A stretch of DNA of 64,000 bases, from contig OW569364.1 in assembly GCA_937625935.1 (NCBI GenBank), positions 62,001-126,000 of the forward strand, in the 5' to 3' direction. Of this stretch, positions 48,100-57,769 are shown in pieces. Both the position numbers and the translations under genes were made by a program. The notes under the pieces were generated by a model. It searched no databases, had not been told where the DNA came from, and saw nothing but the letters and a program-made list of their open reading frames with translations. The stretch comes from Tetramitus jugosus. Lineage: Eukaryota > Protista > Heterolobosea. Numbering within the stretch: position 1 is the stretch's first letter; each line of letters opens with the position of its first letter.

Positions 48100-48545
48100 C
48101 GTAAATTATGGTTCCCTAGCAGTGGGGCAACTTTCGGGCACTCAATTGATATTCTTGAGCAACTCCTGTAGTATCTTCGGAGCAACAACAGGCTCCAAGT
48201 AGGCCAAGGTATGATGGCAGCAACAAACTTCAAAATTGCCCAGATTTGCCACAATTCACTGTTAATCACTTGCTCTTGAAGTCTTCCCAAGAGAATGTAG
48301 AATCAGAACTCTCAGGTCTATTGTCAGTAAATCGTATCTCCACTAGTTCCATACCATTGCTCAAGAGCATACTCTCAAAAAGCCATTGTTATATAGCTTC
48401 AAGAAGTGTGATGTTCACCACTGGTTCTGCCAAAGTGGTCAAATTCAAGGTCAAACCAGTCATAGACCTCCTTGTGAATCTTGTGGTACTTGTTTCATAC
48501 TTCAAGAGGAATTCAATTCTCTTCCATAGTTTTGGTAAAAACTGG
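48100..48545 (-). pseudogene. Methionyl-tRNA synthetase pseudogene fragment
   Basis: KYHKIHKEVYDWFDLEFDHFGRTS (48492-48420) and RPESSDSTFSWEDFKSK (~48318-48268) match eukaryotic cytosolic MetRS; stops, frameshifts and large deletions. Confidence 0.8.
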
Positions 48546-48637
48546 AAGAGCTCAAGACTGGTTAAAAAACAAAACTTGCGTCTGATGTTTATTGAGTACA
48601 TTGTGAATTGTTGAACGTAACTTCTCCAAGATCTATC

Positions 48638-48997
48638 TCACGATAGGCCTGCGTACTGCTTGTCGCATCCCTTGATATGATTGACCAAACACTGCTTCAG
48701 AAAACCTATCGCTTCATCATTGATTGTTTGGATATTTTTGAGTTGGCTTTCGAACTTTTCATGTTCTGCTCTATGTCGTATCCCTTCCAAATGGTTGTAT
48801 TGGGAGATGAGCTTTTCCTCACAAGCAAAGTGAATTCCAAAGTAATTTAACAGGTTGTTGAGGCTTTCCTGAGTCCGTTTCTGATCCAGTTTATTTACTA
48901 GAGAGAAGATGGTTTTGTGTTGTGAGTTCAACTCGTCATTCTTGACATCGAATGATAGATCCCACTCAAAAGGAGAAGGAATTTCGAACTGGGTCAT
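48638..48997 (-). CDS. Myohemerythrin-like protein (Naegleria Nfa1 type)
   Basis: IPSPFEW, QH, HFACEE, HRAEH, LVNHIKGCD: complete di-iron ligand set in 119 aa. Confidence 0.92.
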   Translation of the reverse strand: MTQFEIPSPFEWDLSFDVKNDELNSQHKTIFSLVNKLDQKRTQESLNNLLNYFGIHFACEEKLISQYNHLEGIRHRAEHEKFESQLKNIQTINDEAIGFLKQCLVNHIKGCDKQYAGLS

Positions 48998-49883
48998 CGG
49001 TGTGTGTTCGTTTTTTGTTGTTGAGTATTGTTGGAGGGTTTATTTACGTCATTCACATGATTGCTATTTGACTCGTTTTGGATATGGTGATAGCGTACAG
49101 TTCATTTATTGGAGGTCAGTTCATACTGCTCAATCAACTGCTCCAGTGAGGGTAGATGTTCTTCAGATAACTCTCTGGTACTCAAAAATTCATCATTGTA
49201 GAGTTTGCAACTGTGAAAGAATTTCTAAAGCTTTAGAATTGTTTTCCATACGCCCAATTACTTGACGAACTTCAGTTAGAATGAGTTTCGAACAATCAGC
49301 CTTTCTGCGATAGTATACTCTGGCATTTTGAGAGAAATGTTTGTAGAATTTCTCCAGAACTTGCACAAGCCCGAGTGCAGTTACACCCATTGGTAATTTT
49401 CGTACAGAAGAAAATGAGTATCTTTTGTCTTCAAGTAGAAATGGTTGAAGTGCTGGGATTGTATTGGCCCATATTTTGTTAACATGATATTGTTTGGGTT
49501 AAAAAATATATTACCAATCCTCAAGTTATTTCCATTGGTCTTCTCGAAATCCTTTTTGTTGATTGCATGTGTGTAAAGCCAATCTTCATATGCCTTCTCA
49601 TACGAGTATCGACTTTTCTTGTCAGATTCTGGAGAATATAGCGGCAGATTATTCCAAGCTTCTTCTGTTTCATTTGCTGGTCCCTTCCAGTTCTTGACGA
49701 AGTAGTCGTATGAACTGGTGTACATCAATGGTACACGATCTTCAGGTCTATCGTGTTGGTTAACATTCCATTCTAAATCAGTAGCACTCATCAACCTGAT
49801 CCCAAATTCACTGTCATTGTTGTTGACTTCTGTGATAATTTCATTTCTTGAGAGATGAATTTGACAATTGATGCAAGAAAAGT

Positions 49884-51625
49884 TTACAGTTCCGACGGTT
49901 TAACAAGATGATGTTCGATTAGGACTTGCTTCTTCACCACCAAATTGGATATGAACGTCTGGTAATGGCGGTCGTGGTACACATGATTCCCTGTCACAAT
50001 TCCCATTTGCAGTTTCATCCACACTTGTTCCCTTGTTTCAGTGGACAAAAGATTCTCTTGTGTTACACCCACTGTTCTGCAAAACTTTCTGTAGAGATGA
50101 GTGAATATCTGAATTGGTACCAAATCATTAGGATTGTTTGTTCTCTCAATCTCTTCAGACTCGAGAATGAACTTGATGAGAGAGTTAACAGAAGCTTTCA
50201 ATTTCATACCAGTGTTTGAAAAGTACGCTGGAAGGGCTGGCCAGATATTGGTTCTGCTATATCTGTTGGTAAAGTCGATATAGGCAGAGTTCATCTTCTT
50301 CAATAGTAGAGCAATCTCTGTACTCTCAATTTGTTTGGCTATATCAATTGGCTGCTTGACCTCCTGTGTAAACTCGCAAACAACAAATCTTCTGGAAATT
50401 GCACCTTTTGAGTCGTCCCAATTACCAAAATGATTGCCAAAGAACATTCCATGACTCTTCCATTTTTGTGTCTTCGCTGTGTTATACTTGGACGATATTG
50501 ATACTCTCACCACAGATGATTTTCTGGATATCCTGTGGCATTCCAAAATCTTTCTTCGCTTCAGGACAAGTATACATTAACTTGCTAGAGAGTGCATCCA
50601 AACCAAAGCTCTTCTCAAAGTTACCACAAGTCAACACTCCAACTTGAGTTTCATCAAAGAACATTTCCAATATTTGTGCGATGGTAGATTTTCCAGATTT
50701 GCTTACTCCAAAAATGTAGGGGGCAATCTGCCAACTATCTCTTTCTCCAATTTCATACAGCATTCTGCCACAAAACACATATATCCAATCAATTACAGAT
50801 CTCTCCAAATTTTTGGTGAGTCAATATACGTTCGAAAAGAGGTGTCTGAATAGTTCTCCAGTCTGTAACAATATCTTCAGTAAAATCTACTGGAAAATAT
50901 TTGCAAGCAACAAGCTCCCTCTCAGCTACAGTCAAATCTGAATACTTCTTGAATATATCCTCTCTTCCGAAATAAATACCATTGGTGAATGAATAGACAA
51001 GCCTATCTGGTGTCAATTCAGGAAATTCTCTCGTGGTTGTTATACCCCTCAAACTTTTGATGGAATGCTCCACACAACTACGGTTAGCAGTAATCATCAT
51101 TAAATATTTCAGACCAAATACATGTCTGTTAGGAGTATTGTTGACAAATGATTCAATAGTTTCGAAAAACTCCCAAGTTTGTGTTGCTATTCCATCATCT
51201 GTATAAATGGGCTTCATCACATTGCCGTTGCATTTTCTGTAATGATGCATGTTCGCGTATCTGTATAAAAACTATAGATAGCGTTGATTGTCATTCTTGA
51301 CTTCACCCAGTTCTGACCTTCTAAAAAAGTTATAATTCTCTGGTAGTGGTGTACCATTGCTCAATTCACAAAGTTTAACTTGATGCTTCAGAATCTGGAA
51401 TGTATTTGAGCAAATGGCTTCATTTACTGGTAAAACTTCTGTCTCCTCCTCTGACATCAATTCGTTATTCTCATTCTCTTCATCATAATCTTCTTCCATC
51501 AGTGCTAGAGAGAGCTCTCCACCTTCAAGTTCATTGTCATGCTCTTCGGATATTAATTCGTGACTCTTTTCAGAACTTGTGTTAATGAGTGCATTGTTCC
51601 CTGTTTCACTTTCTGCTGAATTCAT
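49884..51625 (-). pseudogene. D5-like SF3 helicase of NCLDV/PLV type
   Basis: VYSFTNGIY, FCGRMLY...WQ, Walker A GVSKSGKST, TCPE Walker B, FGN...ISRRFVV; one TAG (51274-51272) and two frameshifts (~50810, ~50490). Confidence 0.88.
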
Positions 51626-52197
51626 TGCACCATCTTCAACAGTGTCATCAAATTGTTTGTCTTCTTCACTGACGTGTTCTACTGTTTGCTATGTCAGAAC
51701 CTCTGTACTCTTCTTTCTTCTCTTTGAAGAAGACTTGTGTGTTTACAATTTGCTTCTTCGAAGAATTACGACTGATAGTGCTTTAAAATGCTCAACACAT
51801 GCGATTCTCCAACCATTTACTTTGAGTTTTGTCAAATTATCCACAAGTATATCTCTTCTAACAGCTTCACGAATATCTTGTGATGCAGTTTTGTTGAAAT
51901 AATTCTTCACATCTTCCAGAAAGTAACTGAATACATCTCTGATGAAGGACTCAAAACCATACCTATCTGTAATTCTTCTTTCAACAGATTTATTTCTGCC
52001 AGACAGAAGTCCACGACAGAACTGCCGAAACAACAAAAGCATCCTTTCTATAGAATGAACTGTATTCAAATCAACAAGTTGACTCAAGCTGAACATTGCT
52101 TTACTATACTCAGATATACTTTAGAAGAATGGATGTTATCAGGACTCGTGTGAATTGAAAAATGACCGAGGTTTACAAAGATAACTAAAGCTAGCAT

Positions 52198-52965
52198 CTA
52201 CAAGCAATATATACTATGCACTCTTTTCGTTGTTTTAGGAGCCTTATTTCCTCCGACGCCGCTATCCGAATATTTTCGGTGTTTGCACTTCACATGGAGC
52301 AAATTCTCCAACTGTTCTGACTTCTCGGCAGTGTTGGTAGCATCATCAGCATTATCTCCAACATACAACTGTGCTACTATTATCATATAATGAAATCCCT
52401 CCCCTTTGTACTTTTTACCGTATCTGCTGACTACACCCGCTTGTAGATGATCGTTGTCTGAGGCAGATGCTCTACCAACATAGAATTCCTGAACATCATC
52501 GTGATCAACCCAATGAAGAACATCTAAAAAATAAGGGTAGCGATAGTATCGACATCCAGATTGTAGAATTGGGTGTACGCTAGTTTGACTTCTGGTACGT
52601 TGCTTGCAATGGACTTCCCATCTAAAGAGAATATGTATTTCCCTTGTCCTCTGTGTGTTATCTGTACACAACTTTTTGGACTCATCACAGGGTGGTGGAA
52701 ATCGTCAATTTGTTGCAAGAACTGGAAGAGTGGACTATCAGTCTTCATGTGTTTCAGAAACAGGTTGATTAAGCTTTTGTCAAGAGCAATGAGCTTCCAA
52801 CGATACTGTTTCATATCCTCTTCATCAACTCTCACAGTGTTGTCATCATCAGCTCCAATATTGGCATCATTGTCGTCTCGAACAGGACTTCTATCACCAT
52901 CATCCACTGTGCCTTGTGGACTATCAGTTGCCAATTCTTCATCATCAAACTCTATTGTCCAGTAG
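52198..52965 (-). pseudogene. GIY-YIG-like nuclease remnant (frameshifted; possibly circularly permuted)
   Basis: FYVGR...SRY...Y...MIIV...EQLENLL...GG...SIYCL; two overlapping ORFs joined by one frameshift. Confidence 0.45.
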
Positions 52966-53080
52966 CTTCTTCTGACATGTTAGCAGTTGTGATGTTTTCC
53001 TGTTTATTTTGAATTTCACGTTGGTTTACAAAATGTTATCAAAATTGAAGGTGCGAATTCAACAACACCAGAGAACTATT

Positions 53081-54187
53081 CTAATAAAATTGAAAGTTGG
53101 TGTCATTGCGAAGAAAGTGTTCAGTTCTTTGCCTTCTAGATCGATTGGGAACCAGTTGAGGTACTGCAATAGTGCTGGACTCAAAGTCCATTCTTACAAT
53201 TGTTGCTCTTTGTCTGTGATCCTCTCTGTAACTGAATTGTCTATTCCTCTGGCGATTTGAGCCATCTGTCACACGAGGATTTAGACTTGGGATTAGCTGT
53301 AAATTGTCTCTGTAAACTTGCATTACCTTGTCACTGGAAACACCTTTCACTTTGTACACGGGTAGATGTGAAGCACTTATAGTTAGCAACAACATCATCA
53401 AGGATATCTACCCAGACTTTTGTTTTGAATCTCGCCATATGTAAGTAAAACAACCGTTTCAGTGTACCGTTGAATCGTTCTATACATCCTTGTGATTGAG
53501 GTCTATATGCAGAACTGAATACTTGTTTCACAGAAAACTTTTTACACAGGGCCGTCATCAGTTTGTTCTTGAATTCACCACCATTATCAGATTGAATGAT
53601 TGTTGGACGAGTGTTAACTTCCAACACTGATTTCACTTCTTTAGGTTTCAATTGTTTTACCCAAACATACTTGGAGAATATGTCAATTACTGTTAGACAG
53701 TATTGATAACTCTAGATTCTCATGTTTTCTACTGTCACCCATATCAATCAAATCCATTTGCCAGCGCACATGTGGTCCTTCTGGAACTGCTACAGGACGA
53801 ACTACCTTCATTTTGTTTGCAGCTGGTCTGTATAGTTGCCTCGTTTCGTCATTGGATATGAACTTTTCTACATCTGGATATGCCAATGTATTGTTGTTTT
53901 ACACGTTCATAGAATTTGTCTCTTCCAAATCCACCTGTTAGAGGATTGTCTTATAACTTGCTCAGAATTTCATCAATGCTGTTCTGTGGAATAATCTGAC
54001 GTAGATCCATCACTAGAATATCCTTTTCATTGAAGGTTTCTATCTTGGCTGAACTCCACCTTCTTTTGAATCTAGCCAAAGCTGACCTCGAGTTCTTTGT
54101 TGGTAATTTTCCATCTCTGACAAAATCCAAAGCTTGGTTGTACTCTTCATCAGTTATATGATGGATGTAGTTTGGATTGATACCCAT
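53081..54187 (-). pseudogene. rve/DDE integrase of Polinton/virophage type
   Basis: GGFGRDKFY, WQMDLIDM, LTVIDIFSKYVW, IQSDNGGEF, PQSQGCIERFNGTLKR; one stop and three frameshifts. Confidence 0.92.
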
Positions 54188-54373
54188 TTACATTGACTGT
54201 ATATAAAGTTTAATCTTCTTCGAATAAAGTTATTCGTTATTCTCTATACCTCTGTACTGGTCAGTGTCCTGTTACCATGCACTATAGCATGTCCCTCTAG
54301 TCACCCATTGTCCATATACATATACTCAACCGCGTTACTCCCAAACTGTTATAGGTCTTTTGACCAAAAACAA

Positions 54374-54998
54374 GTAATTCGTTATTCGTATATACACCAA
54401 ACACTCTACAATGCAGAATACAAATGCAGTAACATATAATTGAATTTATTGAAACAGATAATTATTGAATGTAACAATCTGACTAACACAGAAAGTAAAT
54501 CCAGAATTCCACAGATTGCCCCCAGTTTCACCTCAAAAAATTCAAAAACACATGACAGCACTCCAATAGCGAACTGATGCAACGAATAACATTCTCTTTA
54601 CTTGAATAGTAACAGAGCAGTATTGAAATTTGGGACAACTTTGTGAATATTTTCCTCAATTATTGAAATACCCTGAAGTCCCGCTATGAATATGTATGGA
54701 GAGTGGTATCAAATCACCAGATAAGTGCCACTATCGATATACATATTCATAGTGGGACTTAACTAACACTCAAATCTGGGTGGAAATATGGTTGGATATA
54801 CTGTCAGATTTCTGGTTTATTATATGAGGAAAATATTTTGAATGAAGTCCCATTATTCGAGAAATGCCTGTTACTCTATCTCAATATTTAGTTCTAAACT
54901 TGTGTATTGGATTTGACATGTTTTTGAGGATATTTAGGAAGGCTATAGAATTGCAATAATTTGTTGTTTCTTGGTGTAGATATAGAATAACGAATAAC
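54374..54998. repeat. Nested imperfect inverted repeat (~630 bp) with central 22-bp-stem hairpin
   Basis: Arm pairs 54374-54400/54971-54998, 54646-54658/54825-54837 (13 bp perfect) and 54676-54697/54739-54760 (21/22). Confidence 0.85.
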
Positions 54999-55183
54999 GG
55001 GTCTTCTGTTACTGACTGGTAAATACTTGTATAACTGATTGTGCTTTACTACGAATACAGTAGATTGTTTTCATCTTGCATCTAGATGGGACTAAAGAAA
55101 TGTTGGTATCACTGTTCGCTTCTTAATTTGGACGAATAACTAGTTTCACTAGAATAGTTGAAACCACTACAAAAAAACCCATT

Positions 55184-55219
55184 GTTGTGTATAAATGGGC
55201 ATGCCTATTTATACACAAC
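55184..55219. promoter_or_regulatory. 36-bp palindrome with a TATAAA box on each strand
   Basis: gttgtgtataaatgggcatgcctatttatacacaac, one mismatch, 30 bp upstream of ATG 55250; promoter role is inference. Confidence 0.65.
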
Positions 55220-55249
55220 CACACAAACTCATCAGAAACAAACAAAAAA

Positions 55250-56416
55250 ATGTTGCCAATCATCAACCGACACATCAACAAACGCAATGGTTTGGTGAGT
55301 ACCTTGTTTAGAACAATACAAACGAGTGCACAAGAGACTCCTACTGAGACTACGGTTCTTCATTGGGCCAACTCATATGACCTTGATGATCAGAGGAAAT
55401 TTCGACACCTCATCAAGGCCGTTGTAGAGAATGATACTAGCCGGAAGAGAATTGCACAGGATGATGAAATCATGAAGAAACTTTTGCAAGAGAGAGCCAA
55501 AAGATCTAGAGAACTCAAGCTAGAAGTAATCAAACAAATGCCATACGAGGAAGAATTTGACCAAGAGGTAGAAGGATGGAGAGAGAGACATACAGGAAAA
55601 TTCAATGAGGGACAGAATGAAGCCTTGGAGGAACTTCATCAAAGATTGTTCAATGTTCTTGGAGGCAAGATCCACCAGCTAGAGACTTATCTTGACAAGA
55701 AACACGCAGTGTTTGGATGGGCCCAGATTCTAAGTTCATTAGAGGCTGCGATTGTACTGTTTTTGAATGCCAACATTGCTACAAAGTCTTACAAAATCGG
55801 CAGTCTTGAGCTGCTTGAGGGAGTGGTGGCCCGGGCAGAAGATGAAAATAAGCAGATATACGAAAAGATAGCCACGTTCATTAATACCATTGAGTGTGTG
55901 TTGGGAGTGTCTTTGAACTCTTTGCTCAGCTTGATGCTGTTATTGAACAGGTTGAAGAGGAATCCTGCTGCTCATAGAAACTGTTCAAGAGAGGATGTGA
56001 AGGAAGCTACGACGATACTTGTTGCGATTGATAGCAACATTTTGACTCCTTCAGATCCAAGATTATACGTTTCTCACATGATGAAAAATCCACACAATTG
56101 TCCCATTTTAGAGGAACCAGAGCAACGTGCTACTTTGGAGAGAATCACAACAGTCTATATGAATGCTTTGGACTGTATGGGATCATTTTGTTATTATTTT
56201 GGTCTGGATGCACAGCAGTTTGAGGATGAGTATGATGTCGTTAAGGATAGAGATCTGAAGATAGTTCAAACCAAGTTACTTGCATTTTGGATTGATTGTC
56301 AATTGAGAAATAAGGATGTTGTACGAATATCAAAGCTGGTCAAGGAACCAACATTTTTTCACGAAATCAAGTTGCCTAAGGGAACTCCAGAGAGCTCAGA
56401 AGCTGATGGGGAGTAG
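55250..56416 (+). CDS. Intact hypothetical protein with HEPN-like RNxxAH motif and presequence-like N-terminus
   Basis: 388-aa intronless ORF; SSLEAAI ... RLKRNPAAHRNCSREDVKEA; ORF is confident, HEPN call is moderate. Confidence 0.7.
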   Translation: MLPIINRHINKRNGLVSTLFRTIQTSAQETPTETTVLHWANSYDLDDQRKFRHLIKAVVENDTSRKRIAQDDEIMKKLLQERAKRSRELKLEVIKQMPYEEEFDQEVEGWRERHTGKFNEGQNEALEELHQRLFNVLGGKIHQLETYLDKKHAVFGWAQILSSLEAAIVLFLNANIATKSYKIGSLELLEGVVARAEDENKQIYEKIATFINTIECVLGVSLNSLLSLMLLLNRLKRNPAAHRNCSREDVKEATTILVAIDSNILTPSDPRLYVSHMMKNPHNCPILEEPEQRATLERITTVYMNALDCMGSFCYYFGLDAQQFEDEYDVVKDRDLKIVQTKLLAFWIDCQLRNKDVVRISKLVKEPTFFHEIKLPKGTPESSEADGE

Positions 56417-57149
56417 GCTTTTGATGAAGGAGATAGTAGGGTCTTTTTTCGTTTTCTCTATCCATATCCAGAAGAAACAATTCTTGTTTGTAAATCAGCA
56501 ATACTTGTATGAGGTACAGTAGATCCATGACCGAATCCATCTTGCTTCAGGAACCAAAACCAGTTATTCTTCAGTTGTAGATATCTCCTTTTTTAATTGA
56601 GAATAACGAATAACTAGTTTTCATTCTGGAAGTATTCACAACACTGACTTTACGGGTCACTTCACAAATCCACAAACAACAAACTCGCACATCAAAATTA
56701 AACACAAAATTTTTTCATCACACCCTCCGTGGTGAGCGGATGCCGAACAAGCCGGCACCAGTGAACAAGAGTTCACCAATGTATGCTGGTAGTGTCATGC
56801 AAAGTGCCCAAATGAGTTGGTGGTGGTCAATGCGTTGAATTAGGATGATTGCAGCAGTATTCTGGGTCAATGTTGGCCACCAATGTCAGGTGTACCTCTC
56901 TCCGCGTTTCACATGTATGCACAGTGCTGTGCCAACACAAACGAGTGCCATGCCCACATACACTCGCAATCGATGCTCAATCTTTCCAGTGCTTTTGTGC
57001 TTGTTACTAAACAGTAGGGAGTCAATTGTTCTTTGTCCACCATCACAAAGGAAGGTCAAAATATTTCTGTTCTGATCTCTCATATCCATATCGTTGGTTT
57101 CTTCAAAGCACCGCAATCATTGAGAGCTGCACTTGATCCAAGGGGAATG

Positions 57150-57480
57150 CCATCACGTACATACTTTGAGATTTTGACCACATGTGAATCCGTGAAGCTG
57201 TTCGAAGAGAAAATAGTGCTGTCGACAGATAGAAGGATTTAAACTCGTTACAATATATTTTTTCACTAAAGTTGCTCAAAGGCTTTCCAGATCCTAGTAG
57301 CTATTCAGTTCTGAGATTTATAGACTTTGATCCAGATATGAAAGCAGAACAGATCTGATACTTACAATTTCTATTGAGATATGCACAAGAGAATAACTTC
57401 AGAAAGTACAATGGAAATGTTCTACAACATGTTTACACTGGAAATGGAACCGCTTCTCAGACTTGGAGAGCATCCAGAAT
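57150..57480 (+). pseudogene. Second D5-helicase N-terminal remnant
   Basis: *YLQFLLRYAQENNFRKYNGNVLQHVYTGNGTASQTW aligns with RYL*FLYRYANMHHYRKCNGNVMKPIYTDDGIATQTW at 51283-51172. Confidence 0.8.
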
Positions 57481-57769
57481 TGCTCGTTATTCAACACATA
57501 TATGTGACTTGCTTTGATCAAGGTTAGTCAACATATCAAGACTATGAACGGGAAGCGAAATCACCGCTTGGGTAGTTGATCGCTTTCCTTGACGTTGAGT
57601 GCATTGACGCACAAATGGCGCCCAAAAGATCCGTTAACCCAACAACAGAATTCCAGAAATTTCAGTTCCTCTCATATTTCCAAAGGTCCAAATTGACACA
57701 AACAAAAAAGAAAGTTGGACCTGGCCTTGTAACGGTATTTTCCCCCAAACAAACAAAACACAGAAGAAT

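Larger units (their letters stand above)
49100..57500. mobile_element. Decayed endogenous viral / Polinton-like element (D5 helicase + rve integrase)
   Basis: Intronless, mostly AT-rich block of disrupted ORFs with D5/SF3 helicase, DDE integrase, GIY-YIG-like ORF and a second D5 remnant; boundaries approximate. Confidence 0.75.

Noticed and set aside
51459-51472. Extra aattcgttattctc copy of the iterated motif
   Set aside because: Falls in ENNE-coding sequence of the D5 N-terminus; probably chance
54229-56620. CRISPR-like array
   Set aside because: Repeats are short, irregularly spaced and in both orientations; no cas genes
56640-57050. GC-richer segment, possible tRNA/SINE or gene remnant
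   Set aside because: No cloverleaf, A/B boxes or recognisable protein motif
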